The notes: generated from the letters alone by a model not told the origin. A stretch of 64,000 bases of DNA from an uncultured Planctomycetales bacterium (GCA_964612665.1 CAZTCI010000006.1:13750-77749), one strand, 5' to 3'. Numbered from the stretch's first letter, positions 9,395 through 19,882 are shown. Numbers and translations are program-made.

Positions 9395-12109
9395 ATGCCA
9401 ACGCGTAAGAAATTTTATCGTTACTTACCCAATCAAATCAGCTTTATTTCCAAAGAAGCCGCGCAGATCCAAACGATTTACTTTCCTTTGTGCTCGCCTG
9501 ATTCAACAGGACTCAAATCCGCAATCACACCTTTTTTAAGCGGCGACATTAAGACGGACAAAAATCATTATTTAACTAAACCTACCTCACGGGAAGACCT
9601 TAGGCGACCTGTGAGGAATTTTTTTGTTTCTATTAAGGGCAAAGGATTTTTTTCGCTCGCTCAAGTCTGCACAGAAAACAATGCCTCCGTTGAAATGGGC
9701 CCGTTATGGCACAAAGTGACGCGCCGATTTCCTGAGATTGGATTAGAATTAGAAGCACTGAACTTTATCCCCGCCTCCGGTGAAACAGTTGAATTAATGC
9801 GGGTGACCGTTAAAAATATTTCGGCCAAACCGGTTCAATTTACACCGACAGGTGTTATTCCTATTTTTGGCCGGCCGCTTTCTAATAAACATGATCACGA
9901 ACATGTTGCAGCGCTTTTTCACCGGATTAAACAATTACCTCAAGGCATTTGCGTCGCGCCGGTTATGTTGTTTGATGAAAAATCGCATTCGAACCAGCAT
10001 AAGATTTATTATGTTTTTGGCATAAATGGCCGGGGCAAAAATCCGCAGGGGACTTTTCCGACGGTAGATGCCTTTTTCAGCGACAGCGGGAATGATCTGT
10101 GCCCAGAGGCATTGGTCAAAAATCTTAAGCCAAAACTTCTAAGTGATGAAGAGCGGCAAGGCAAAGAAGCCGTGGGCGCGTTGCGTTTTAAAGATGAAGT
10201 CCTTAAAAAAGGTGAAATGCAGACTTATTGGATGGCGATCGGCATTTCCGACGACGAAAATAAGGCCCAAAAGGTTTTTGAACAGTTTAACTCCCAAGAA
10301 AAGTTTGACCGGGCGCTTGAGTATAATAAAAAATTTTGGTTTGAAAAATCTCACGCGATTAAATTTAAAACCGGTGATGCGCAATTTAATCCGTGGCTGC
10401 AATGGATAACGCTTCAGCCGGTTTTGCGGCGGATTTTTGGCTGCTCATTTCTGCCGGATCATGATTATGGCAAGGGCGGAAGAGGATGGCGGGACATTTG
10501 GCAGGATTTATTGTCGCTCATTTTAATCGAACCGAAAACGATTCGCCCGACGCTGATTAATAATTTTGCCGGTGTACGTATTGATGGAACGAACGCCACC
10601 ATCATCGGTTCAATGCTGGGTGAATTTATCGCTGACCGCAATGCGATAACCCGCGTGTGGATGGACCACGGCGTCTGGCCGTTTTTAACAACGTTGCTTT
10701 ATATGAATCAAACCGGCGATTATGAAATTCTTTTTGAAAAAGTGCCTTACTTTCGCGATCCGCAATTATCGCGGACGTTTGAAAAAGACCGTGAGTGGAC
10801 TCCGCAATACGGCCGCCAACTTAAAGACAATAAAGGCCACATTTATAAAGGAACAATTTTAGAGCACCTGCTCATCCAACATCTGGTTCAATTCTTTAAC
10901 GTCGGAGAACATAATATTATCCGTTTGGAAAGCGCAGATTGGAATGATGGATTGGATACGGCCTTTAAGCGCGGCGAAAGTGTGGCGTTTATGTCCTTGT
11001 ATGGCGGTAATCTTTTAACCATCGCTGACTTGCTTGAATTCTTGGCCAAGAATAAAGGCTTTAACACAATTGAAGTGGCCAAAGAAATTTTAATCTTGCT
11101 TGATACACTTGGTTCAAAGCCGTGTAACTATGATTCTATAGATGAAAAGAAGAATTTATTATTCCAAAAATATTTTAAAGCAGTCCAGCCCGAAGTCAGC
11201 GGCGCGAAAACTGCGGTTGCTGTTGATCAACTGGTTTTAGATTTACGCAAGAAAGGCCAATGGATCTTTGAACATATCCGTCGGCATGAAAGAGTGACTG
11301 TTAAAGAAAGTCAAGAGACGTTTAGCTGGTTTAACGGTTATTACGATAATCAAGGCCGCCGAGTTGAAGGCAAGAAAGACAATGGAGTTTGGATGACATT
11401 GACTGGGCAAGTTTTTCCAATCATGAGCGGGCTGGCGGGACGTGAGGAAATTAAGGAAGTCGTTAAGAGCGTTCGAAAATTTCTCCAAGACAAAAAGCTC
11501 GGCGGCTACAGACTTAATACGGATTTTGGAGTCCGTCATTACCTTGATCTCGGCCGCGCCTTTGGCTTTGCTTACGGACATAAAGAAAATGGCGCTTTTT
11601 TTAGCCACATGACGGTCATGTATGCGTACGGATTATATAAGCGAGGATTTGCCCGCGAAGGTTTTGAAGTATTGCGCTCCATTTACAATATGTGCGGCGA
11701 CACGGCCAAAAGTAAAATTTATCCTGGAATACCTGAATATTTCGACGCGACGGGCCGCGGCATGTATCACTATTTAACTGGATCGGCGAGTTGGCTGGTG
11801 TTAACTTATTTAACCCAAGTTTTTGGCGTGCGCGGTGACAATGGCGATTTACTTTTAGCGCCAAAGTTAGTCAAAGAAGAATTTGGCCAAGACAATACCG
11901 TTGAAATCTCTTGTCAATTCGCCTCGAAGCAGCTAACGGTTATCTATGAAAATAAACAAAAGCTAGATTATGGGAATTATCGAATCCAGCAAGTTTTTCT
12001 AAATGATTCACCTCTTAATATTCGTCCAACACCCCAGGGACTTAAAATAGACTGGGAGATTATTGAAAAGACCACTGGTTCCCTAGTTATTAAAGCGATT
12101 TTAGGTTAA
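9395..12109 (+). CDS. large glycoside hydrolase/phosphorylase-like protein with an (alpha/alpha)6-barrel-type catalytic region (GH94/GH65/GH15-clan-like)
   Basis: 904 aa; motifs RLESADWNDGLD and GGRGWRDIWQD resemble the acid/base region of barrel phosphorylases and hydrolases; family-level call only. Confidence 0.45.
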   Translation: MPTRKKFYRYLPNQISFISKEAAQIQTIYFPLCSPDSTGLKSAITPFLSGDIKTDKNHYLTKPTSREDLRRPVRNFFVSIKGKGFFSLAQVCTENNASVEMGPLWHKVTRRFPEIGLELEALNFIPASGETVELMRVTVKNISAKPVQFTPTGVIPIFGRPLSNKHDHEHVAALFHRIKQLPQGICVAPVMLFDEKSHSNQHKIYYVFGINGRGKNPQGTFPTVDAFFSDSGNDLCPEALVKNLKPKLLSDEERQGKEAVGALRFKDEVLKKGEMQTYWMAIGISDDENKAQKVFEQFNSQEKFDRALEYNKKFWFEKSHAIKFKTGDAQFNPWLQWITLQPVLRRIFGCSFLPDHDYGKGGRGWRDIWQDLLSLILIEPKTIRPTLINNFAGVRIDGTNATIIGSMLGEFIADRNAITRVWMDHGVWPFLTTLLYMNQTGDYEILFEKVPYFRDPQLSRTFEKDREWTPQYGRQLKDNKGHIYKGTILEHLLIQHLVQFFNVGEHNIIRLESADWNDGLDTAFKRGESVAFMSLYGGNLLTIADLLEFLAKNKGFNTIEVAKEILILLDTLGSKPCNYDSIDEKKNLLFQKYFKAVQPEVSGAKTAVAVDQLVLDLRKKGQWIFEHIRRHERVTVKESQETFSWFNGYYDNQGRRVEGKKDNGVWMTLTGQVFPIMSGLAGREEIKEVVKSVRKFLQDKKLGGYRLNTDFGVRHYLDLGRAFGFAYGHKENGAFFSHMTVMYAYGLYKRGFAREGFEVLRSIYNMCGDTAKSKIYPGIPEYFDATGRGMYHYLTGSASWLVLTYLTQVFGVRGDNGDLLLAPKLVKEEFGQDNTVEISCQFASKQLTVIYENKQKLDYGNYRIQQVFLNDSPLNIRPTPQGLKIDWEIIEKTTGSLVIKAILG

Positions 12110-12125
12110 ATCTATAAAATAAGTA

Positions 12126-12167
12126 AAAGGGCTTTGCTATGGTAACAGGCAAAGCCCTTTTTTTATT
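12126..12167 (+). terminator. rho-independent terminator (AAAGGGCTTTGC...GCAAAGCCCTTTTTTT)
   Basis: 12-bp inverted repeat + T-run immediately after the 904-aa gene. Confidence 0.65.
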
Positions 12168-12289
12168 GAAATAGCCACTTCGAAAAAAAAAAGATAAATT
12201 ATTTTTTTTCAGCAGGCAGTCATTATAATAAAACTGTTTTGAGATAGCCGTATGCGCCTAATACTGAAGGCTATTCTATCGTTTATAAA

Positions 12290-13550
12290 ATGCACTTACT
12301 TATGGTTAACTTTAAACGAAACATTCTCTTATTTTTTGTCCTGCTTTTATGTTTTGCTGTAACACCTTTTCTTTTCTCCGCGTTTGGCGACGATCAAAAT
12401 GAAGTTGCCGCCACTGATACCAAGAATGCCCCTGCCAATGATGATCTCAAATCACTTCAAGAAAAAGTCACCAGCTTTGAGTCTGCTCTTGGAGAGAAAA
12501 AGAAATTAATCCAGGACATGACGATTGAAAAAGAGGGCCTAAAGAAGGCCGCCGAAGAAGCCTATCGTCAACAAAAAGCATCTCAGGATGAACTTGAGCT
12601 GTTTGTAACAGACGATAAGGAGAAAAAAGGTCTCTTGGCGGAAAAAATAAATATGGCCAAGGCGCCTTTGGAAGTTAAGATTAAAAATCTCGAGGAGCAA
12701 AACCAGATTTTTACAAGCAACATAAAAGATAAAGATCAACAGCTAAGTAATCTTAACAAGACCGTTGATTCTCAATCCAAACAACTGACCGCGGTTATTG
12801 ATGAAAACAGGTCTTTGGAAAAAGAATCGAAAACGCTCAAAGAACAATTGCGCACCGCACAGATTGTCCACGCGAGATGAGGTCAATCATACTCAAGCGG
12901 TTGCTGATGAAAAAATTAAATCACTGACAGAAGAATTAAAAACTAAGAATGATCTAATCGCCGGTTATAAAAGGGACAGTAATGTGACAACCATGAATGA
13001 ACTGCGAGAAAAAATTAAAAATTTAGAAGATAAATCAAGTAAGCAACAAAGTGCTTTTCAAGATAAGGATCGCCAAGCGGATAACCTCGATAAAAATCTT
13101 AAAATGGAATCCAAACAATTAGCCGAACTGTCCGAAGCCAAGCAGTCTTTAGAGAAGGAAATACAAACGTTAAAAGAGAAAGGCCAGCAAACACAAGCTA
13201 CTTTACAAGGACTTCAGAAAGAAGCCAAAATAAATGAAGGTCTTAAAGAAAAAATCGCCAAGCTCGAGGATCAAGTCGCCCAGTGGCAGATCACATCCAG
13301 AAATAATGAATCCCAACTCAAAGATATGACAGTTAAGAATGAGACATTAGAAAAACAGATAAAGGATTTAACCAAAGAGAAATCCGGTCTCGAAGAAAGT
13401 CTAAATAAAAAAGAGAAGACCATTGAAGGGTTAAATCAGAAACAGCAAGCCCTTAATGAAGACCATGACCAGCTTCAGAAACAAATGAATGATCTTAAAG
13501 TTACTTTAGAAAAAAAGAATGCCTTGTTAAAAGATGCGTTGGAGCGCTAG
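12290..13550 (+). CDS. long coiled-coil protein encoded in two overlapping reading frames (12290-12880 and continuing in another frame to 13550). Apparent +1 frameshift near 12878, or two adjacent coiled-coil genes
   Basis: Both ORFs are heptad-repeat, Lys/Glu/Gln-rich with the same composition. Skipping a single T at 12878 would join LRTAQIVHAR to EVNHTQAVADEKIK in frame. Confidence 0.45.
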
Positions 13551-13630
13551 CGAAGCGGCCGAATTCATCGACGGAGAATAAAAGATAGCTGTTTCCCAAA
13601 CAAATTGTTAAAATAATTTATAAAAATTTA

Positions 13631-13662
13631 CCCCAGACATGAATCAAGCTGGGGTTTTTTGT
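13631..13662 (+). terminator. rho-independent terminator (CCCCAG...CTGGGG + T6)
   Basis: Hairpin + TTTTTTG after the coiled-coil gene. Confidence 0.6.
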
Positions 13663-13682
13663 TCATCTTTTGATGAGGATTT

Positions 13683-14651
13683 ATGTCAGCATTACCGTCC
13701 TTATTTATCGAACGCCTGCGGGATATTCTTTCTCAAGAAAAATTTGAGAGTTGTCTTGATACTTTCAACCGGCCGCTGCCTTTGATTGTCCGCATAAATA
13801 CTCTCAAAATTTCAAAAGCCCAGGCGGAAGATTTATTAAGACAACAAAACATTTTTTTTAAAGAAATCTCCTGGTATCAGACGGCGTTGTTCCTTGATAT
13901 GGCCACCCAACGCTGGCAGACAACGGAGTTCAACTGCAATGGATATTTTTATAATCAGGCGTTGTCAAGTTTGCTGCCAGTCATTGTGTTGGACCCAAAA
14001 CCGGGCGAGAAAATTTTAGATATGTGCGCAGCGCCAGGAAGCAAAACAACCCAAATGGCGGCGCATATGGATAATGACGGCGAGATTGTGGCTTTAGAGG
14101 TGATTCGGGAACGGTTTTATAAATTGAAATCGGTATTAGCGCTTATGGGGGCCGAAATCGTCTGGTGTCAACTGATCGATGCCAGACGATTTCGGCCCGG
14201 CGGTTCGGCGGCGGTTCGCCAATCGTATAATACGCCGCTGTTGTTTGATCGCGTTTTACTCGACGTTCCTTGCAGCGCCGAAGGGCGGTTTAAAATTCAC
14301 GAACCGAAGTCGCATGCGTACTGGAGCCTTCGAAAAATTAAAGAAATGGTCCGCAAACAGCGCGGTCTTTTAATGACCGCCAGCCGTTTAGTCAAACCAG
14401 GCGGCCATATGGTTTATTCCACATGTACGTTTGCGCCGGAAGAAAATGAAGGGATCATTGATTGGTTTTTTAAGAAAACAGGCAGCCAGTTTGAGCTTTT
14501 ACCTGTGGAATTACCTCAGATTCCAAGCTGTCCGGCAATTACACAATGGCAAGGTAAAGATTTTCATCCCGACGTCAAAAATTGTTTTCGTGTTTTACCT
14601 AACGAATTAATGGAAGGATTTTTTATAGCCAAGTTGGTTAGATTGAATTAA
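13683..14651 (+). CDS. rRNA (cytosine-C5)-methyltransferase of the NOL1/NOP2/Sun (RsmB/RsmF) family
   Basis: SAM-binding motif DMCAAPGSKT; catalytic motifs DVPCSAEG and TCT (YSTCT) with the two conserved cysteines. Confidence 0.8.
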   Translation: MSALPSLFIERLRDILSQEKFESCLDTFNRPLPLIVRINTLKISKAQAEDLLRQQNIFFKEISWYQTALFLDMATQRWQTTEFNCNGYFYNQALSSLLPVIVLDPKPGEKILDMCAAPGSKTTQMAAHMDNDGEIVALEVIRERFYKLKSVLALMGAEIVWCQLIDARRFRPGGSAAVRQSYNTPLLFDRVLLDVPCSAEGRFKIHEPKSHAYWSLRKIKEMVRKQRGLLMTASRLVKPGGHMVYSTCTFAPEENEGIIDWFFKKTGSQFELLPVELPQIPSCPAITQWQGKDFHPDVKNCFRVLPNELMEGFFIAKLVRLN

Positions 14652-14652
14652 G

Positions 14653-14726
14653 GTGTCAGGTCTTAGGTTTTAGGTGCTTAGGGACACGTTTTCTGAAACC
14701 TAAACCCGACACCTAAAACCTAAATA
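14653..14726 (+). terminator. extended palindromic hairpin (GGTGTCAGGTCTTAGGTTTTAGGTG / CACCTAAAACCTAAA...GACACC), probably a bidirectional terminator
   Basis: About 25-nt inverted repeat arms between convergent or tandem genes. Confidence 0.4.
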
Positions 14727-14727
14727 T

Positions 14728-16092
14728 ATGAATACAATTACACTATTTCTAATGTTAGTCAGTCTAGTAATCCTAGATCTGCGGTTTTCCCGTCGGATAA
14801 ACCGGGGTTTTTATGACCGCATTTGGGGGTCGTGGGCTTGGTTATGGGTTATTGGATTAATCTTGGCCATTAGTTTCATTGATATTCAGTCCGAAGAAGC
14901 ATGGCGTTGGAACTCCTATTATGTAAGTTCCATTGTGATTTTGATTCTTACCCTTTTATTGTATCTATTAAGGCGTAGGCGTTTTAAAAAGCTAGTTTTG
15001 ACCGAAGGGGGTGAAGCCGTAACAAACTTTTCTGAAGGACTGGCCCCGCGGCTTCGTCTTATTTGGGATTCAACCGGTGTTCTTTTGACTTGGATTTGGT
15101 GTGTTATCATTTTTACAATTGGGTTGCATAAACTATTACCGTACTTGCGGGTTTTTAATTCTGATCTAGGTGAAATTATTTTAAGTGTGGCATTTGCTTC
15201 GTTTCTGATGCTGGGTTTAATTTGGCGTGCAACCCGAAATTATCCGGAAGGTTTTTTAAATATTCTTGGACTGATCGTTAAGGGAAAATCTTTTTTGAAA
15301 TTAGTTATGGTGCCGGCTTTTTTAGGTGCGGGGTTGGCGTTTTTTTCAGCGTGGATTATTTTGACACGTAAATCAACGCCGATGACACCGCTTAATGAAG
15401 TTCTAAGCGAAACGCATTCGGCGGGTTTATTAGTTGGGTTTATTTTTATGGCCATTGTGATGGCGCCTTTTTTTGAGGAAATTATTTTTCGGGGATATTT
15501 TTTCTACGTGTTGCGGCGATTTAAAGGAGATGTTTTTGCCGTCGTGATCGTAGCATTGATTTTTTCTTCAATGCACGTCGGACAATATTGGGGTGATTGG
15601 TTAGCGATTGGCGTGGTTACTCTGTTAGGTTTTGTCCTCACGTTTATCCGGCTATGGAGCGAATCAACGGTAGCCAGTATTGTTATTCATTATTTATATA
15701 ATACGGGTGTGACCATCATTCCAATTGTCTTTCTTGTCTTTTCCAATCCTGCTTACTTCCAATATCAAAGCCAATACGAACAGCTGACATTTTCCAAAAA
15801 AGAAGAACTCCTTTCGCAAAGCATCCATAAGATGCCGCAATTCTCTGAAGCCTATAATGATTTAGCCTGGCTATACGCAGAGGAAGGGCGTAGCCTTGAA
15901 AAAGGTTTAGATTTAATTAACAAGGGATTGCAATTAGATCCGGAGCGCGACGATTTTTGGGACACAAAAGCTGAACTTCTACATAAACTAGGCCGAAACG
16001 AAGAGGCCCGCGGCATTCTCAAACGTCTTGTGAAAGAAAATCCAGACGACAAAGAATTTAAGAAGCATTTAGAGGAAATAAAAAAATTTTGA
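14728..16092 (+). CDS. CPBP-family (CAAX-type) intramembrane metalloprotease with a C-terminal TPR-like soluble domain
   Basis: Polytopic; motif EEIIFRGY and downstream FSSMH / HxxxN-like motifs typical of Abi/CPBP proteases; C-terminal TPR-like repeats (AYNDLAWLYAEEG...). Confidence 0.65.
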   Translation: MNTITLFLMLVSLVILDLRFSRRINRGFYDRIWGSWAWLWVIGLILAISFIDIQSEEAWRWNSYYVSSIVILILTLLLYLLRRRRFKKLVLTEGGEAVTNFSEGLAPRLRLIWDSTGVLLTWIWCVIIFTIGLHKLLPYLRVFNSDLGEIILSVAFASFLMLGLIWRATRNYPEGFLNILGLIVKGKSFLKLVMVPAFLGAGLAFFSAWIILTRKSTPMTPLNEVLSETHSAGLLVGFIFMAIVMAPFFEEIIFRGYFFYVLRRFKGDVFAVVIVALIFSSMHVGQYWGDWLAIGVVTLLGFVLTFIRLWSESTVASIVIHYLYNTGVTIIPIVFLVFSNPAYFQYQSQYEQLTFSKKEELLSQSIHKMPQFSEAYNDLAWLYAEEGRSLEKGLDLINKGLQLDPERDDFWDTKAELLHKLGRNEEARGILKRLVKENPDDKEFKKHLEEIKKF

Positions 16093-16275
16093 AACAGCCA
16101 GCGTTATAACTCTTTTAACAGGAAAAGACCGAATTTTTTAGAAAGCTGGTATAATACCCGCGACCATTTTTATATATTTGAGCCCTCGGGAGTTTTTCTC
16201 ATCGAAGGATGAGGCTCGATGTGAAAACTCCCCGATGATTCATATATTTAGTTTTTATTTGAGAAGAAGAAAATA

Positions 16276-17469
16276 ATGCTGTTGAAGCGTTTGCTTGTAA
16301 TATTGATTGTCTGTGGAGTTATGATTTCCTCGTCGTCAGCGTTTGCTCAGGAGAATGTATCTAATCCCCCAGACAAAGACATGGTAACCGTCAAGGTCGC
16401 CTTAAAATACCTGGATCCGGGCCAAGCGGCCAATAGGTTAACTTCTTATAAAAGTGATGAGGGAGAGATTCTCATCGATGAACAAGCGAATACCCTTATC
16501 TTGGTTGATACTCCTGAGTCCGTGGATAAATTAGAAAAGAAACTACGGACACTTGATGTCCCTCAAGAAGACAACGTTGGTTATCAAACGATCAAAGAAA
16601 TCGCATTCAAAATTCCAGAAGCCATTACTACAAACGCTGGAAAATTTAGTTTTAGCAATTCTTATCGTTTGAATGTCAGCGCTGAGAATTCCGCTTCTAT
16701 GCAAAAGGTTTGGGATATCATCGAAGACCGTATTCCTAAGATCACCATCGAGGCGAAGATGGTGGAAGTGACGTTAAACCCCGAATTTAAAGATGGTGTT
16801 GATTGGAAAGCGATTGTCAGTAATACTCACCGCCTTGAAAATGGTCCAACTGACGGATCAACGGCGGACAATAAAGAAACAAAATTAGTTATTGGCGCCA
16901 TTTCACCTGATGATTATAAGGTTCTTTGGGAAGCCTTGGGCACAATCGGAAAGACAAAAGTCTTGGATGAGAAAACGAGAATCATTCTTAATAATCAACC
17001 AGTTGGATTATGGTTTGGCACCGCCGGTTCTCTTAAGCCCAATGCGGGGGAATCTTTAGCCCTTATCGATAATCAAGACATACCTTTGGGTGATCTCAAA
17101 ATTAAATTGTTATTACAGCCCTCCATTGATGAGACGCGGGGGATCAGGTTCAGTATCAATCCTCAGATTAATCCCGACGAGATCATTAGCGATAAAGATC
17201 CTAGCTCCGAAAATTTTCTCAGCACTCAAGCTCTTACAATCCGAGATGGCATGACTATTATTATCGGCGGCATTATTAAAGAAGAAGAAACCAAAAATGT
17301 TCAGAAGCTGCCTTTTTTTAGCGAACTCCCTTTTGTTGGCGCGCAATTTGTAAAAGAAAACAAAACAACCCGCCGTATTGAGCGGGCCATTTTCCTGACC
17401 GCCCATCTTGATGGCGAGTATGCGGTAAATTCATTGGCTAGTAAGAATGTAGAAGCGGCGGTTCCTTAA
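16276..17469 (+). CDS. secretin-family outer-membrane protein (short GspD/PilQ/CpaC-like)
   Basis: Signal peptide; C-terminal secretin signature IIIGGIIKEE...KLPFFSELPFVGAQF resembling the consensus V.L.GGL....K.P.LGDIP.LG.LF. Confidence 0.5.
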   Translation: MLLKRLLVILIVCGVMISSSSAFAQENVSNPPDKDMVTVKVALKYLDPGQAANRLTSYKSDEGEILIDEQANTLILVDTPESVDKLEKKLRTLDVPQEDNVGYQTIKEIAFKIPEAITTNAGKFSFSNSYRLNVSAENSASMQKVWDIIEDRIPKITIEAKMVEVTLNPEFKDGVDWKAIVSNTHRLENGPTDGSTADNKETKLVIGAISPDDYKVLWEALGTIGKTKVLDEKTRIILNNQPVGLWFGTAGSLKPNAGESLALIDNQDIPLGDLKIKLLLQPSIDETRGIRFSINPQINPDEIISDKDPSSENFLSTQALTIRDGMTIIIGGIIKEEETKNVQKLPFFSELPFVGAQFVKENKTTRRIERAIFLTAHLDGEYAVNSLASKNVEAAVP

Positions 17470-17477
17470 GAATTTTT

Positions 17478-18530
17478 ATGCGCTTATTGCAAAAACAAAA
17501 TAAAATTTCTTGGAATAGAAAGAAATTTCTAATTTGTATTGTGCTTGTGATGATGTCGGGCTGCGCCCGCGTGCAACCTGTTACGGAACAAGAAGAGGAT
17601 TTACAAGTCTTATGTGACCGCAATACGGTTGAGTGGCAGCTGGACAGTGTTTCTCAAGTGGTAACGCTGCGGAAAGGTTCAAATCATGCCAAGGCGCTGG
17701 TAGGCAGTGACGTCGTCGTGATTGGTGACCAAAAGATTACGCTGAGTGCGCCGTTACGACGCGTTAAAGGCGTGATTGTGGTTCCTATGGATTTCAAACG
17801 TAAAGTCATCGATGCGCTTATGACGAGAAATGAATATGTTGGCGCGGTCAAGAAATTCAAGGAAATCATCGTTGATCCCGGGCACGGCGGTAAAGACCCC
17901 GGTGCCAGATCTAAATTTGGGACGGAAGAAAAAACAATCGTTTTAGATATCGGCAAACGGCTTAAGCGGGATTTGGAAGACAAAGGTTTTAGAGTGATCA
18001 TGACGCGTTCGACGGACGATTTTATTTCTTTGGAGCGACGTACCGAAATCGCCAGTCAATCGAAGGCGGATCTTTTCGTCAGCATTCATGCGAATTCGAG
18101 TAAGTCCAAAGGGGCTAAAGGCGTTGAGATTTATTACCTGCGCGAACTTGATGCCGTCGAGAAAAAGGAAGAACAGATGCGGCAGAACCAAAAAATTTTG
18201 TTTAAACAATATGCGATGAATCAAGATTCCCCAGCTTTAGGAAATATCGTTGCCGATATGATGTATTCTTATAAAAGGGAAGAATCCGAAAGATTAGCCA
18301 TCTATTTAAATAGAAGGATCGCCTCATCGACGAGCCGGGAAAGCCGCGGCAGTAAAGCCGCCGGCTTTTTTGTTTTAAGGAACACGATGATCCCGGCAGT
18401 TTTAGTTGAAGTTGGGTTTTTGACGAATCCCAGTGAAGAACGTTCACTTAAAACCATTGAATACCGGCAAAAGATCGCTGACAGTTTGGCCCAAAGCATC
18501 GAGGAATACACCAATGACCAACAGCCGTAA
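17478..18530 (+). CDS. N-acetylmuramoyl-L-alanine amidase (Amidase_3, AmiC-like) lipoprotein with an N-terminal AMIN-like domain
   Basis: Lipobox MMSGCA; DPGHGGKDPGA and SIHANS Zn-ligand motifs; E in VEVGFLTN. Confidence 0.8.
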   Translation: MRLLQKQNKISWNRKKFLICIVLVMMSGCARVQPVTEQEEDLQVLCDRNTVEWQLDSVSQVVTLRKGSNHAKALVGSDVVVIGDQKITLSAPLRRVKGVIVVPMDFKRKVIDALMTRNEYVGAVKKFKEIIVDPGHGGKDPGARSKFGTEEKTIVLDIGKRLKRDLEDKGFRVIMTRSTDDFISLERRTEIASQSKADLFVSIHANSSKSKGAKGVEIYYLRELDAVEKKEEQMRQNQKILFKQYAMNQDSPALGNIVADMMYSYKREESERLAIYLNRRIASSTSRESRGSKAAGFFVLRNTMIPAVLVEVGFLTNPSEERSLKTIEYRQKIADSLAQSIEEYTNDQQP

Positions 18531-19326
18531 TCACCCGATCGGCGTTTTTGATTCGGGTTTGGGCGGATTAACCGTCGTCAAAGAAATTGTGCGTCAGCTT
18601 CCATTTGAAGATGTCGTGTATTTTGGCGATACGGCACGCGTGCCTTACGGGACCAAATCTAAAGAATCGATTGTACGTTTTTCGAAAGAAAACGTTGCAA
18701 TCTTATTAAAGCATAAAGTAAAAATTGTGGTTGTTGCCTGCAACACATCATCAAGTTTAGCGCTCACCGAATTAAGACAGTCGTTTCCTGATCTTCCAAT
18801 TGTTGGCGTCATTAAACCTGGCGCCCGCAAGGCCGTTGAAACCACGCGCAATGAGCGGGTCGGTATTATCGCGACTTCAGCGACGATCAAAAGCGGTGAA
18901 TATACCCGCGAGATTAAAGTTCTGAATCCCGAGATCAAAGTCGCAGCGCAGGCGTGTCCTTTGTTTGTTCCCTTGGTTGAAGAAGGCTGGACCGATAAAA
19001 AAGTAACCGTTAAAGTCGCTGAAGAATATTTAGAACAAATTAAAAAAACAAATATTGATACATTAATTTTAGGTTGCACACATTATCCGCTTTTGAAACA
19101 GATTTTGCGTCAAGTGATGGGCCGCGGTGTTATGCTGGTTGACTCCGCCCAGGAAGTTGCCCTAGAGGTCAAGAAATTGTTAGAATACACCCAGCAAAAT
19201 TCGGTTAAGAATAAAAAGTCCCGTCAGACTTTTCTGGTCAGCGATGAACCGAAACATTTTAGTAAACTCGCCCGTCGGTTTTTAGGGTTTTCGATTAAAG
19301 ACGTTATGAGGTGTGATCATGTTTGA
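18514..19326 (+). CDS. murI: glutamate racemase
   Basis: IGVFDSGLGGLTV, VVACNTSS and LGCTHYP motifs with the two catalytic Cys. Start placed at the internal Met after the amidase stop; the longer ORF overlaps the amidase. Confidence 0.9.
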   Translation: MTNSRNHPIGVFDSGLGGLTVVKEIVRQLPFEDVVYFGDTARVPYGTKSKESIVRFSKENVAILLKHKVKIVVVACNTSSSLALTELRQSFPDLPIVGVIKPGARKAVETTRNERVGIIATSATIKSGEYTREIKVLNPEIKVAAQACPLFVPLVEEGWTDKKVTVKVAEEYLEQIKKTNIDTLILGCTHYPLLKQILRQVMGRGVMLVDSAQEVALEVKKLLEYTQQNSVKNKKSRQTFLVSDEPKHFSKLARRFLGFSIKDVMRCDHV

Positions 19327-19681
19327 AGTCAAGGTCAGAGGCGATTTCGCGGCCGCTCATATCCTTCGCGGTTATGAAGGCAACTGTAAAAATCTGCACG
19401 GTCATACCTGGAAAGTTGAAGTGACAATTCCAAGCCCGACATTAGATTCAATTGGGATGGTCATGGATTTTAAAGTCGTTAAAAAGAAATTAAAAGAACT
19501 GCTCGACCGCCTCGACCATATTTATCTAAATGGTCTACCCGCCTTCCAAGAAATCAATCCCACGACGGAAAATCTGGCCAAATACATTTTTGAAGAGTTT
19601 TCAAAAGAATGCCAGCCTTTGGTTATTAAACAAGTGCAGGTTTGGGAATCGGATTTGTGCAGCGTAGTTTATTATTTATAA
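19313..19681 (+). CDS. queD: 6-carboxy-5,6,7,8-tetrahydropterin synthase
   Basis: CxxxHGH motif (CKNLHGHTW); size 122 aa; context with queC, queE and queF. Confidence 0.85.
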   Translation: MIMFEVKVRGDFAAAHILRGYEGNCKNLHGHTWKVEVTIPSPTLDSIGMVMDFKVVKKKLKELLDRLDHIYLNGLPAFQEINPTTENLAKYIFEEFSKECQPLVIKQVQVWESDLCSVVYYL

Positions 19682-19836
19682 TGAGTGTTAAAGATTATAA
19701 AGGGTTCATCGAAACAATAGAAATTCTCACCGATAAAAAAGCCATTGCCCGCATTAAAAAAGCCAAGAAAGAAATTAAAGAAGGTAAGACTATCTCTCTA
19801 GAGGCATTCAAAAGAAAATTGAGCACTTATAAATAA
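19681..19836 (+). CDS. small (51 aa) antitoxin-like protein (RelB/Phd-type C-terminal motif ...ILTDKKAIARIKKAKKEIKEGKTISLEAF) with no adjacent toxin gene
   Basis: ATG overlaps the queD stop (TAATGA); sequence pattern typical of small type II antitoxins; orphan. Confidence 0.3.
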   Translation: MSVKDYKGFIETIEILTDKKAIARIKKAKKEIKEGKTISLEAFKRKLSTYK

Positions 19837-19882
19837 TATTAGCAGCAGCTTATTTAAAGTATAGGAAAGAAATTTATCGGCA

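Noticed and set aside
10139-10409. Overlapping plus and minus short ORFs inside the 904-aa gene
   Set aside because: Embedded within a long, motif-bearing ORF; no independent support.
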